Origin: Felis catus
Lineage: Eukaryota
Direction of reading: 5' to 3'
NCBI RefSeq assembly: GCF_018350175.1
Contig: NC_058378.1
Span: forward strand, 22,010,001-22,074,000
DNA length: 64,000 nucleotides
The notes below the pieces were generated by a model that was not told the DNA's origin, did not search any database, and was given only the letters and a program-made list of their open reading frames with translations. Within the stretch, counting starts at the first letter, position 1; each line of letters opens with the position of its first letter. The translations under genes and the position numbers were made by a program. Positions 12,612 to 26,177 of this stretch are shown here, piece after piece.

Positions 12612-12990
12612 ATGCATTCATTCACCTAATGTTCATTCAGAAAAGGTTTACTGGAAGTCCACTATGTGCCAGGGGCTGATTTAGGTGCTTGGGGTACTGC
12701 ACTGAATGAGGCAAAGTCCTGGCTTTCATTTTACTGAGGAGAGAGACAGCTGTCAAGAAAGTAAAGTAACAAGAAGGCCTCCCTGAGAAGAAAACATGTG
12801 AGTTGAAAAATGTGTGGAGACTGCAGAGATCTGGGACAAGCTGAGGGAACTCAATCTGCAGGCACAGGAAATGAGGACAAACTTGGGTGTATTCCAGGAA
12901 GCAAAAGGAGGAGCAGAATGAGAGATAAGGCACAGAGGTGGTCAGATTCTGGTAAGGAATTTATTAGTGCAGGGGGACACTTTAGAATGA
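12612..12990 (-). mobile_element. L2 fragment (probably continues at about 14740-14990)
   Basis: cattcattcacc...ccactatgtgccagg...ggcaaagtcctggctttcat. Confidence 0.6.
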
Positions 12991-13244
12991 AATCGTAGAT
13001 ATGACCTATGTTTATCCATCCTTTTCCAAACTCCAAAGTAATTTAAAACATAAATTCCACAAGAGCACATGCATGTGTGTGCACATGCACACCCACATAC
13101 ACCCCCCATACACACACAGAAAAGGAAATAAAAACAGATGTGTGATGTCTATAAATTTTAGAATATGAAAAGAGGGCTTAGTGTGTTAACTTAGCCAGGA
13201 GAAAACAGAAGGCTGAATGCTATGTGTCTGTGGTGGGCTATAAT

Positions 13245-13435
13245 CAGTGATGTACTGTTAAGTGTTTAACAACAGCTCTTTGAAAAAGAGAAACCCCAAT
13301 ATGTGGCATTTGCCAATTCCCATGATGTAAAGAACCCTCCTATGACCAATTTTAAGCCATCAGCATCATGTCAGTGAATACAGAATTGGGAAAAGATGAA
13401 CACAATAGGCTTGATGATGTGGCTCCAACATAATG
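13245..13435. mobile_element. MER63A-like hAT-Blackjack MITE
   Basis: cagtgatgtactgttaagtgtttaacaacagctct...gcatttgccaattcccatgatgtaaa...ggctccaaca. Confidence 0.75.
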
Positions 13436-13731
13436 ATTTAATTTTCAAATGCCCCAAAGGCAAGGGATATGGAAACACAGCACACCTTGGAAGATATAGA
13501 TGAGGCGCAGAGTTAGAAGCAGGATTGGTTCACCTGTGTATGGTGCTGTCAGGTTTCCAGGCCCTTCTGACTCAGCAAAGCCAGATGACTGTCCCATGCC
13601 CCTTATAGGAAATCAAGAGTTGAGTCTCTGGAGAAATTGAAGCAGAGAGATTCTGGATACAGGAGCCCAGGCAGAGCAGAGGGGGGTGGTGAGGCTCTGG
13701 ACTGAGACCAGGTGCTCACAGAAAAAGGAAG

Positions 13732-13866
13732 GACAGTATGGGTGTCAAGAGTATGGTCTCTTGAGTTAGATGTCCTGGTTCAAATCCTTGTTCTGCCACG
13801 AGCTATCCTGAGAAAGTCTTCTCTTTGGGTCTCAGTTTAGTGCCTCATTGTGAGGATTAAATGGGT

Positions 13867-13919
<53 letters not shown>

Positions 13920-13970
13920 TGCTTAGAACCTGCTGTGTGGGAACCACTATGTAAATATTTGTTATTATTA
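13732..13970 (+). mobile_element. MIR containing an (AT)23 microsatellite
   Basis: ggttcaaatccttgttctgccac...ttgtgaggattaaatg...aaagtgcttagaac. Confidence 0.8.
13869..13914. repeat. (AT)23 microsatellite
   Basis: Direct count. Confidence 0.97.
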
Positions 13971-14537
13971 TGATTAAAGTATGCATGGAAGATCAGGAGG
14001 AGAATGTAGTCCCCTTTCCTTTTTCTTACTCTGAATGTGTTCACACAGGTATACACTGCAAAAGATTGGAGGAGTGATCTCTCAAAAAAATTGAACTTCC
14101 CAGAAAAAAGGGCAACTGATTGTGACATCAGGGGACCCTTCCAGCCCATCACCACCTGGAGTCCTGACTACACTCGCACAGAGCTTCCACTCAAATGTTA
14201 GTGCCTGACACTTATGGTCAGGGATAGACATTTGTGGGGAAACCCCCAACATGAAATAGAGGACCAAAGCCAACAAAGTGAAGAGAAAATATGAGGAATT
14301 GGGGGCAGAAGAGAGGCAGAAAAAAATTAAAAGAAATTTATCTTGAGTGTTCTCAGAAAGGTAATAGAATATGTTGCATCCATAAAACAAGAACTGGAAA
14401 ACTTTAAGAAAAGAAGAAAAAAATCAAGGAAATCTCTTGTAAAGAAAGAATAGATAATGAGATGAACAAAAGGAAGAAAAGATGAGACAGCAATTTTATA
14501 TTTATGCCTTACTGCTTTGATAAAGTGAAAATTAATT

Positions 14538-14726
14538 AAAAAAAATTTAAAACAGAGTGTGAGTAGGGGACGAGCAGAGAGAGAGAGGGAGACACAGAAT
14601 TCGAAGCAGGCTCCAGGCTCTGAGCTGTCAGCACAGAGCCTGACACGGGGCCCGAACCCATGAACTGTGAGATCATGACCTGAGCCGAAGTCGGACGTTC
14701 AGCCAACTGAGCTACCCAGGCACCCC
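14538..14726 (-). mobile_element. CanSINE
   Basis: TSD gaaaattaatt (14527-14537/14727-14737). Confidence 0.93.
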
Positions 14727-15691
14727 GAAAATTAATTTTTAAGAGAACAAAGGGAATCAGTTGGAAAGTTTTTAGGCAGGAGGTTGACATGATTTAGTTG
14801 ACAGTTTATCTGGCCACTCTGATTGCACAATGGGAGCAGGATTGGAAAGGAGCGAGGCAGGAAATGTGGGACCAGTAAGGAAGCTATTACAGTTAACGAT
14901 GAGGTGGCTCTGAAGACAGCAGTAGAGGTGGAAAAGATAGATACAGACTAGGTGAAAGGAAAAAGAACAAACAGAATGGCTTAGATGAGAAGCGCTCAAA
15001 AGGCCATGGTGTCATTGCATGCAATGAAACATTGTGGTTGTTTAACTCTGTTGGGTAATATACCTCCCATGGCTCACTAATCTAAACCCTGCATTTCAAA
15101 TGAGTGAAGGAATTATTCAGACCACCTTAACCATGTTCCATCTTCACTAGGGTTGTTGAGGAAACACCAGAGTGCACACAGAAGCAATATGTGTTTTTGC
15201 TGCTTTGATGATATTTAGAAATTAAGGCCCTTTAAAAAGTTTAATACAGCTTCCAAAACTCACTGATTTCATTAATAAAAATAGTAGGGACTCAAGTAGT
15301 TCATATGTACCAAAATTTATTTACAAATATTCTTGTTTTTCAAATAGCACCAAAACGTTTTACCATAAAAATCCAGAAGACATTTTGCAAAACACTATTT
15401 GTTGGGCAGTCACGATGCATTCCTTTTGGATATGTCAACTTCCCCAAAGTCCCAAGCAAGATGCAATCTTTCCAAAGTTTCTAGCCTTTATCAGTTAAAT
15501 GCTATCCTCTTCAATAATCTGTAAACTCTCAAGAAATAAACTAAGGTGTTGGAGAAAGAGAGCCAGCACCCAGACTTTAGAGACTATAGATCTTGTATTT
15601 TCTTTCCCCAATAAGCAGTCACTGCTGAACTATGAAAATATTGGATAAAATCAAGCAGTCAGTGTTCTTGAAACAAAGCAAAAACAAAAGC

Positions 15692-15692
<1 letters not shown>

Positions 15693-15736
<44 letters not shown>
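15693..15736. repeat. (AC)22 microsatellite, read as UG repeats in the ANK3 pre-mRNA
   Basis: Direct count. Confidence 0.97.
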
Positions 15737-15739
<3 letters not shown>

Positions 15740-15949
15740 TGACTTTGTGGCACAGTGCATTCTAGCAGAAGGCTTCTTAAACCCAAACTTATTTTGAGGT
15801 TCTCCAAAGATTTGGTAAACTAGCCTACCTTAATTGCTAAATGGGAATGATGTCATTTTTCTACATGATTCAAAAGGCTACATTAAAGAAGCAGTAAAAG
15901 GATGTAAAGCTACTTATAGTCAGTGTCCAAGAACTTGGGAAGAAATTAC

Positions 15950-16048
15950 CTTGGTTTTTGAAAGAATGGGGGCAGCTCGATCAAGCAGCATTTCTACCAC
16001 CTGCTCATGGCCACTCCGTGCTCCACAATGCAGGGGCGTCAGACCGTC
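15950..16048 (-). CDS. ANK3: ANK3 coding exon (about exon 9), 99 nt
   Basis: TTTAACAG|GAC...AAG|GTAATT; [33 protein letters not shown]. Confidence 0.97.
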
Positions 16049-16834
16049 CTGTTAAACAGAGGAAACATCTTGAGTTAGATTCAGTGGGAAAGTCTGTAAA
16101 TGCAGTGTATTTCTTCAGGATCCAGTACAGCATCCACATGCTGTGGACCTATGACCTTCAAACATTTATTCACATATCTCAGTTTCATATTTTTAACTAG
16201 GAACTAAATTTTTCATAAGTTTAAGTAGTTGTAAAGTATGTAATTTCTCACATATTAGAATACTCACAGTTAAAAACAGAATTGTTCCACTACTCTTCTT
16301 ATATCCAATGGAACTGAAACACCATATGTAATTTGATATCCACCGTTAAAAAAATATAAAAACAACCTTTTAAAATAGGAATTTGTAATAGGAATTTGAC
16401 ATTGGTCCTCTTCCCTCTTGCATTTCTATTTCCATTTAATTTCTTCCACATGGTTTTATCTTAATATAATATAATTTTGTGCTTGAGTATTTTTAATAAG
16501 TTACCATATCATATCTCTTTGCTGTGAAAATATGTAAGTTAAATTTTGAAAAGGTTAAAGATTTTCTAAGAATATAAGTCTTTCAAGCACTAAAGTAAAT
16601 CTCCTAATTGGGGTTATTAAAATTATTCAAACACAATTGGTCAAAATTGCAAAAACATAATATAAACTTTATGATTATTAAATAAAAGCAACAATTAATT
16701 AAAATTCCCCTCTTAATGAGATGTATGTTTTCAAAAACTAGTTCATGTGTCTGCTAATGAATATTAGCTATTGCTGGAATGAGACAGAGTCAGCATCAAC
16801 ACTATCTTGGTTTTTTTTAAAGTCAAATGCAGTC

Positions 16835-18670
16835 TTTTTAAATTTTTATATATTTAAAAAATTCTAGCATAGTTATCATACAGTGTTATATTAGTTTCAG
16901 GTGTACAATATAGTGATTTGACAATTCTATACATTACTCAGTGTTCATCATGATAAATGTACTAGTAATCCCCTTTATATTTCATCCACAATCCTCCCCT
17001 CTGGTGACTGTCAGTTTGTTCTCCATAGTTAAGAGTCTATTTTTTTGGTTGGCTTATCTCTTTCTTTCTTTCTTCCTTTGTTTCATTTCTTAAATTCCAC
17101 ATATCAGTGAAATCATTTGGTATTTGTCTTTCTCTGACTGACTTATTTAACTTAGCATTGTNNNNNNNNNNNNNNNNNNNNNNNNNNNNNNNNNNNNNNN
17201 NNNNNNNNNNNNNNNNNNNNNNNNNNNNNNNNNNNNNNNNNNNNNNNNNNNNNNNNNNNNNNNNNNNNNNNNNNNNNNNNNNNNNNNNNNNNNNNNNNNN
17301 TCTTTATCTATTCATCTATCGATGGACACTTGGGCTGTTTCCATAACCTGGCTATTGTAAATAATGCTGCTATAAACATAGGGGTGCATATATTTTTCCA
17401 ATTAGTGTTTTCATATTCTTTGGGTAAATACTCAGTAGTGGAATGACTAGATGATATGGTAGTTCCATTTTTAATTTTTGAGGAACCTCCCTACTGTTTT
17501 TGACAGTGGCTGCACCAGTTTGCATTCTCACCAACAGTGCATGAGGGTTTATTTTTCTCCATATCTTCACCAATACTGTTTCTTGTGTTTTTGATTCTAG
17601 CCATTATGACAGGTGTGAAGTGNNNNNNNNNNNNNNNNNNNNNNNNNNNNNNNNNNNNNNNNNNNNNNNNNNNNNNNNNNNNNNNNNNNNNNNNNNNNNN
17701 NNNNNNNNNNNNNNNNNNNNNNNNNNNNNNNNNNNNNNNNNNNNNNNNNNNNNNNNNNNNNNNNNNNNNNNNNNNNNNNNNNNNNNTCTTTATATATTTT
17801 GTATACTAACCTTTTATCAGATATGCCATTTGCAAATATCTTCTCCCATCCTGTCAGCTGTCTTTTAGTTTTCTTGTTTCCTTTTCTGTGCAGAAGGTTG
17901 TTATTTTGATGTAGTCCCAACAGTTTATTTTTGCTTTTGTTTCCCTTGCCTCAGGAGATGTATCTAGGAAAATGTTGCTATGGCTGATGTCAGAGAAATT
18001 ATTGCCTGTGCTCCTTTCCAGGATTTTTATGGCTTCAGGTCCCACATTTAGGTCCTTAATTTTTTAGCTTATTTTTGTGGTCCAGGTTCATTCCTTTGCT
18101 GTCCAGTTTTTCCAACAGGTTAAGAAAGTGGTCTAGGTTCACTCCTTTGCTGTCCAGTTTTTCCAACACCATTTGTTGAAGAGACTTTTTCCCATTGCAT
18201 ATTCTTGCCTCCTTTATTGAAGATTAATTGACCATATAATCATAGATTTATTTCTGGGCTCTCTGCTCTGTTCCATTGATCTATGTATCTGTTTTGGTGC
18301 CAGAACCATACTGTTTTGATTACTACAACTTTGAAGGATATCTTGAAATCTGAGATTGTTGTTTTCATTTTCAAGATTGCTTTGGCTATTTGAGGTCTTT
18401 TGTGGTTCCATACAAATGTTAGGATTGACTCTTCTAATTCTGTGAAAAATGTTGTTGGCATTTTGATAGGGATTGCATTAAATCTGTAGATTGCTTTGGG
18501 TAGTATGGGCAGTTTAACAATATTGGTTCTTTCAATCTAAGAGCACAGAACATCTTTCCATTTGTGTTGTCTTCAATTTCTTTCACTGGTGTTTTATAAT
18601 TTTCAGAGTATAGATCTTTCTCTGTCTTGGTTAAGTTTATTGCTTAGGTAATTTTATTATTTTTGGTACA
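16835..18670 (-). mobile_element. 5'-truncated carnivore L1 (3' UTR plus decayed ORF2 C-terminus), with two N gaps
   Basis: Minus-frame fragments [31 protein letters not shown] and [27 protein letters not shown]...[13 protein letters not shown] are L1 ORF2p motifs; frameshifted. Confidence 0.93.
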
Positions 18671-18682
18671 AACATTATCCCA

Positions 18683-18851
18683 TTTTTTTTTTGAGAGATT
18701 GCATGAGTGGGGGAGAGAGGGAGAGAGAGAGAATCCCAAGAAGGCAGCATGCTCAGTGCAGAGCCCAATGCAGAGCTTGGTCCCATGACCGTGGGACCCC
18801 TGGACCTGAGCCAAAAGCAAGAGTCAGATACTTGATCTAGTGAGCTACCCA
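18683..18851 (-). mobile_element. CanSINE (older, diverged)
   Basis: gagagaatcccaag...gacctgagcc...gagtcagatacttg. Confidence 0.85.
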
Positions 18852-20149
18852 ATTTTTGTTTTTATAAATGTTAGTGCTGAGACATCTTGTCTGCACAAAT
18901 AAGAAGATGGATTTTTGTTAAAGCAGTGTCGACTAATAATTTTTTAAACTCTGGAATTACATGCCAAAATCACCTAATAATATTTTACCAAAGATTTTTT
19001 TCAATGATGCATCCTAAGGCAACTCCACTAGCTCCTTCATTTTTGTTGGCAGCAGCAGGATTTCCAATCATCCAATGAGCAGACAAATTTGTTGTTCAAT
19101 CATTAGAGTCATACAGTTGTTAACATGACACGGATATTCTGAATTCTTCCCCTTGCTCTGTTCTGTCCCCTCTTCTCTCCAAGTTTTGCACCCTGGGGCC
19201 AGGTGTGTGAGAATGACTTAGGTCTTCCTTTTGTGCTAGGAGACAAGGACTATTTTACTACAGGCTAGGTGGGAAAGGAGAATTAGGAGTTAAGGAGTGG
19301 AAAATAATTCACTTAAAGCTATCTAAGTGGCCCCAAACTCTATGGAGAAGTTTTCCCCAGCTTGAGGATTCCTGTGGTTGACAAAGCCTACCCTAAGGAC
19401 AGTCACATTTTAAGATACATTAAAATGTTATCAGTGTATTCAAATCACTTCCCAGATTGTGTGAGCAGATCTTGAAAATAACCCTAATTATCCTAATGTA
19501 TAATCAGTAAGGTACAATCCTATTTCTAACCTATTAGCCACATCTCAGAATTAAAATCCCTTAAAAATGAAATTTGAATCACAAACTCATTTGATCATGC
19601 TGTGAGTATATTTAAATATTCTGCCTCTTATGCTGATTTGAAACATTTGCTCTCATAAACCAAAGTAAAGCAGTGTATAGATTTTCAAGTGGGAAATAGC
19701 ATTTTTCTAATAAAATAGAATAAAATAAAATCTGAAAACATTAAAAAAAAACACCATGAAGTCCAAGTGTCTTCCAAATAATATAAAACCTATAAATATC
19801 TGAAGGGGAACTAATAATCACACCCACCTTCTGCCACACACACAAAAACACACCACACAGGTCCTGTCATAACGTGATTGTCTTTTACAGACTGAAAGGT
19901 CAAATTTATTTCTTTTATTTTCTCATAAGTAGACTCTAAGATGTAAGAGGTGACAGAATGTGTGCAGACATGTTCAAACCATGCTCACACAGAAAAAAAA
20001 GTATTTACTTTAGCCCAACTCATTTATCCATGAAAATTATCTTACTCAAAGCAAATTGCTGCATACTGAATGCAAAGTGGCTAAGAGCAAAATCTACCTC
20101 AATCCTTTGAAACATACTGTCCTTTACAGATTTACATTTTTGCTGATTT

Positions 20150-20358
20150 CATTTTTCAATAAAAGCTTTAATTATGGAAAATTTCAAACCTATTTTGGAC
20201 TAAAGCAGACTGAATAGTATAATGAGTCTCTCTAGGTGTCTGGTGCTCAGCCTCAGCTGTCATCTCCTGATCAATCTTGATTCATCCATATCCTGACCTT
20301 TTCTCCTCTCTTATATTATTTTGAAACAAATCCAAGATATTATATCATTTTATCCTCA
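20150..20358 (-). mobile_element. Old L1MC-type 3' end fragment
   Basis: attatggaaaatttcaaac...gaatagtataatga...attattttgaaacaaatccaaga. Confidence 0.6.
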
Positions 20359-23300
20359 CGATTACCCCTATACGAAAGGTATAATATTCATTTGATAAAT
20401 GAAGACTCTTTACTTCTCCAAGCCTGCACAGGCTGAACACAGATCTCGGCCAGACTGTGCAGGACAGTCAAGACATGACTTAGGAGGAGTTACTAAGACA
20501 AAGCCCCTCTTTTCAAACTTTCAGCCATCCTGAGCCTTCTTTTATCTTCATTCTGCAGCTGCTGCCTCTGATCTCTGGTGTTTATTTATTAAACACTCAT
20601 AGACTTTAGAGACTCAGCTAGGGAAGGTGATTTTTTCATCAGTGCAAGAGCTGTTAAGTGCTATTGTTACTGCCATTGTTCTTCTCATCACCTGGTTTCA
20701 ATGATAAAGTCAGGGGGCTCCCCAGGGTAAGATCTTCAGTTCCTAGCTAACTGCAAAGAGCTACCTGAAGCATAGCTCTCTTGACTGCAGTTTCACTTGC
20801 AGTATTTTTAACATTGACTGCAAGTTGGGCTGACTCCTTTGGATCTGCTGTACATTTGCTCTGAAACTTTTCAAAAGTGCATGACTTCAAACAGCCAGAA
20901 TTCCGGCAGGAGAGACGGCTCATCAGGAAGCTGTACAAAATGTCACGACTGCCTGGCTGTACAGGCAGTGCCAGCCTGGCTGCTGGGACATTCACAGGTC
21001 AGTGGAAAACTAGTGCCTAGAGTTAATGTAAGGTCTTTAATTAGTGTCACATCTTTTATAGTCACAAAGAAGATAGGACCAGCTGACCCACAGCCAGACT
21101 GGAAAGTGTCTGCCATGTACTGATTCATACTTAGTTCAGTTTAAAAAAAAAGAGGAAAATTAGCCAGCACAGACTTTACTTAATACCTGCATTTGGACAA
21201 AAAATAATATGTAAATTTCAAACTGGTTTCTTTTGCTTTGAAATGGGTGAGGCTTATCATTCACTTTCCTGAAGCACTGTTCTGATTATGAAACGCTACA
21301 TGGCCTTCAATAACCACTCAGGCCTCAGCCAAGCCTCAGTTTCTCAGATCAGCATTGGTGGTCTTCCACCAGCAGTCTCTGCTACACTGGTCCTTCCCCG
21401 ATGCCCCTCCCTTCTCCCCCAGCTCGCAAGCCATTCGCAGCTCTTCGTGTTCCGGTCTCTCTGCTCTGCCCACACAGGGTACCAGGAAGGAGTTCCCTTT
21501 CCATTTTCTCCAAGATCCAAATTTGTACTGTTTTAAAGTCCTACGTTTCTTAGAAGACTTTTCCATAACTAGACATAACCACTGTACTTTCAGGACATCT
21601 GCCTTGTTTTATCTGCACTTCTCTTGGGGAAGCTTCTCTAACTTTTCACCGGGTATCTTAGTCATTTGTGAGCAGGCGCCATCATTTCAGCTAGGCTGGT
21701 TCTGAGGACAAGGTCACTAGCTTAAGGGATATTTGAATCTCACAGAGAAGATAACTCAGCACTGTATCCATGAAAGTTGCAAATGAGTAAATGAAGGAAT
21801 GGAGTGAGCAAATGAGTGGGTTTGGGGGCTAGTCCTTTAAAAATGTTTTCTAGTTAGTTGGTTAAAAATTCTTTTTGTTAAGAGCAGACTCATTTTATCC
21901 TTCAGAAGTGCTCTAACGTCTTTCTTTCCAGAAAAATAAAATTCCCCATAAATAAGTGATTTGAAGAATATGACCAGTCTTTTTAGTTCTCAGAATAAGA
22001 AAAATATTAGGGGATTTATTCTAAATAAGATATTTTCCTTTTATTTGAATACCAGGAGCTGAAAGAAGAGAACTATTGTGAGCACTGTGGTTTGGAACAC
22101 AGCAGTGAACTGGTCTACTCCTCTCCCTAAAACTAGAGCAATGCTTTTTCCAATACAAAAATGAGGATTCTAACCTGCTCCCAAACCCTAGAAATTTATA
22201 GCTGATATACAGGGTCACTTAGACTGGGTCCAGTACCAAAAAGCATTTCTTCAGCTGCATACAACAGTGTCAACTTCCAGTTGGAAAGTGCTTGACAAAG
22301 GCAATTGCCGGGGCTCAGGGGAGGCTGCCTCAAGAATGGCAGCATATGCACTTGGACGGGAGAGAAGGAGAGAGGGATGCTGAGTTGCCATAGTAACAGT
22401 ATGGGAGGGAAATGAAATTGCACAGGGTTGGTAGTTTTTTTCCAATTCCCCTGATTTTTAAAGCACTGACATAATGAACAAGTATTCCCTTGGGCAGAAT
22501 TCTGAAGCAAAGCCAACTGGCTAGTCCAGATCTCATATTTCATTTCAATGACAGTAATCTTATTACTGAGGTGGGAAACTGTACTTTACTGGCTGGACAA
22601 AATGCTCTCTTGTGTTAGCCTAAGAGCAAAACCTAGCACACTCGAAGGTCAAAAAGGCTTGCTTTCAGGTCCTATTCGGCTGAAAAGCATGGAACAGGAC
22701 ATTAAGGCATCAGACCTAAGAATACGGAACCCAGAATATGTTCTTAACATGTTGAATTTGCTCACAGCCAATACTGAAATGAGACAAATTCATGACTTGG
22801 GAAATACTTTCAAAAACAGACATTTATTTTATTTGTATTCTGTAGCAAAAAAAACCCTCTAAGCAAAAAATCTCACTCTAGAGATGGAAAAGGAAACCAA
22901 GCAGAGAGAATCCAATGGATATATACTCTTTTCCTATATCATGGATGTGAAACAGGATGTGATACTTAATTCAAAACTGAAAACAATGAAAGAAAAAGCC
23001 AGTAGTGCTCAGGAAAGAAGAGTTATAATACAGCCAGAGATAAATAAGGGGGCCCCACCTGCAGCCCAAAAGTACTGCTAGTCTCATATCTGTGTTTTTT
23101 ACCAAAAATTCTGACTGTATCCTCATTTTGTGCACGAGAGGCAGTTGTAGATTTGGCATAGGAGGGTGTGAGATAACATTTTTTGAAACCCCTCTGTGGT
23201 TACAGGCGCTTTATATTTGTGATCTTATTGAATCTTTACAACTCATGAGAAAGGCATTACAAGTTCCATTTATAGATGAGAAAGCTGCTCCAGAAGAGGA

Positions 23301-23589
23301 ATGTACCTGCTCAAGGTCACATGCAAGCAAATGGCTGGAATCGGAATTTATACTTAGGCTTGCCTCCATCTGAGGGATCGGATTCCTTCTGGAAAATAAT
23401 CTCCTTTTAAGATCTAGAGTTCATTTCTGCCATTCACGTATAGGAGAGAGAAATATCTCTTTCTACTTCCCTTTCTTGCTACCCCGGTCATACATTCTAT
23501 GTGTTTAAAACTAAAGTAAGGCAAAATCCTTGTATTGTTCTCTCTGCTTACAAAACCATGGCTTTCTCTCTGACCCTGGAACACACCCT

Positions 23590-25950
23590 TATGCTATTTG
23601 TTGTGTATTTGTCCACTGTTCTTTGTGGGTTTTTTGTCCCTCCTTTTTGTCTTCCTTTGGGTTGAGCATTACTTAGTTTTCTAATCATCAAATCATCACA
23701 TATATCAGTGGCTATCTCCTCCTTTGGCTTTTTTTTTTCGGGGGTTGGGGGGGAGCACAAGTAGGGGAGAGGGGCAGAGAGAGAGAGAGAGAGAGAGAAT
23801 ATCCCAAGCAGGTTCCCCACTCAGTGCAGTCTGACATGGGCTTGATCCCACGACCCTGGGATCACAACTCAAGCTGAAATCAAGAGTCAGATGCTCAACT
23901 GACTGAGCCACCCAGGCACCCCCTCCTTCTTTGGCTTTTTAACTAAATCTCCTTTTTCTTTTGTTTTCCTTTTAGTGGTTGCCCTAAACATTATAATATG
24001 TATCCTTAATTTATCAGTCTAAATAATATTATATTATTAATCATATATCACAGAGTAATATTACATAATACATATTATATTATTAATTATATATCATAGA
24101 GTAATATTACATATGATGTATTATATATATTATATAACTTCATGTGTAATATGAAATTCTATAATATAATTCCATTTACACTGTTAGTTTTACCTTTTGT
24201 GCTATAAATATCATATATTTAACTTTTACATGTATTACAAGCCTCATAATAAATTGATATTTTTATTAATCAAACTTTAAAGAATTTCTAAAAAGAAAAA
24301 GTGTTCTTTATAGCAATCTGCTTCTAATTTTTCTCTCCTTTATTTAGATCCACATTTCCATATGATATTATTTCCCTTCAGAATACTAAAGAACTTCCTT
24401 TAGTATTTCTTTTAGTGTGGGTTTGATGGTAACACTTCATCTCAATTTTTGCTTATCTGAAACTATATTTTGCTTTTATTATGAATTTATGTTCACTGGA
24501 TATAAGTTCTCGATTCACAGAAAGTTTTCAGTTAGCATCTTAAAGAATGTTCCATTGTTTCTGGCCTCCAGTGTTTCTGGTAAGAAGTTAGATCACAGTC
24601 TCATAATTGTTTTTCTATTTATAATGCATCTTCTCCTTTGGCTGTGTAAACATTTTTTTTTCTATCTTTGCCATTTATCAGCTTCACCACTCTGTGCCTC
24701 TGTGTGGTTTTCTTTGTATTTACCCTCCTTGGGGTGTTCTAAGTCTCCTGGGTCTAGGGTTTGTGGTTTGTGATTGAATTTGAAAATAAATATATACATC
24801 TTTTCTGTTCCATTCTCTTTCTCCTCTGCTTCTTGGACCACACTGTAAGTGTTCAGTCAGCTTGCTAGTATTCCACAGGTTGCTGACATGGTGTCAAATT
24901 GATTTTTAATCTTTTTGTTTTCTGTTCTTCAGTTTGGATGATTTTTATAACTTGTCTTCAAGTTCACCAATTCTTTCTTCCTTTGTATTCAATCTGTTCT
25001 TTATCCCATCCAGTGAATGTTTTTTTAAAATTTCAGATATTGCGTTTTTTAGTTCTAAGATTTCTATTTTTTTAAGATTTCCTATTTCTCCTGAAAAATT
25101 TTGCCTTAGTCACTATATCTGTCTTTTCATTCAGATATTTAACATATTAATTATAGTTATTTTAAAGTCTATTAATTCTAACATCTGAGTCACCTATGGG
25201 TCTGTTTTTATTACTTAACTTTTCTTTTGACAGCAAGTCATTTTCTCATTTCCTTTCATGTATACTAGTGATTTTTAAATCATATATAAAATTTAAATTA
25301 AATACTGGATATTGTGAATAATGTGCTATAAAGACTCTAGTCTTATAGGGACTTGTTTTAGGCTTTCAATAGCAGGTCTGTTTTAGAATCGTCCTTATTC
25401 CAAGAGTAATACCTTTAGTCTTGGGACATAGTCATAACTTCTAAGATGTAGTCCTTGTAGTATTAATAAAAAGCCAAAGATATTTGCCAAGTCTCCTTGA
25501 TGTGGTGTTCTATTTTCCTTGCAGCAAGCACTGCTGAACTTCCTTCTCAGCTTTTAATTTTTTACCTGTTATTTCCCTCTGCTCTCCTTGTAGTTTCATA
25601 CCACCCCCCTCCACTTCCCACCTCCACACACATAGTTCATTGCTTATTCAAGGATTGTGGGGAGTGTATATGTTTGTAGATTGACTTCAGCACTTCCTTT
25701 GTGGTTCCCTCCTATCAGTGATTCCTCCCTGAATATCCAGCCACCATTACAGCCTCAAACTTGATCCTCTGACCTCAAGACAATAAAATTGTGACTTTTT
25801 CAATCAACTGTATCCAGTACCTGCCATAAAAATATAGATCTCATCTTGTGTTATTTAGTTCTTTCAAAAGTTGAATTCACTCCAATTTATGCCAATTTTC
25901 GATTATTTTTCAGTGCCTACAAACAAGTTTTCAAAAACTATTTTTCCGGG
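23590..25950 (-). mobile_element. Old L1M (5' UTR/ORF1 region)
   Basis: aaagaacttcctttagtatttctt...ctggcctccagtgtttctg...tcttcaagttcacca, the reverse complement of old L1 ORF1 sequence. Confidence 0.7.
23729..23922 (-). mobile_element. CanSINE nested in old L1
   Basis: TSD ctcct(c/t)ctttggcttttt. Confidence 0.92.
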
Positions 25951-25961
25951 GTTTATGATTT

Positions 25962-26177
25962 AAAAAAAATTTTTTTTTCAACGTTTATTTATTTTTGGGA
26001 CAGAGACAGAGCATGAACGGGCGAGGGACAGAGAGAGAGGGAGACACAGAATCGGAAACAGGCTCCAGGCTCTGAGCCATCAGCCCAGAGCCCGACGCGG
26101 GGCTCGAACTCACGGACCGCGAGATCGTGACCTGGCTGAAGTCGGACGCTTAACCGACTGCGCCACCCAGGCGCCCC
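25962..26177 (-). mobile_element. Very young SINEC_Fc
   Basis: Nearly all CpGs intact; 16-bp TSD cc(g/a)gggtttatgattt with one CpG transition. Confidence 0.96.

Noticed and set aside
17370-18461. L1 ORF2-like peptides as a functional gene
   Set aside because: Fragmented by frameshifts, deletions and stops; a 5'-truncated fossil
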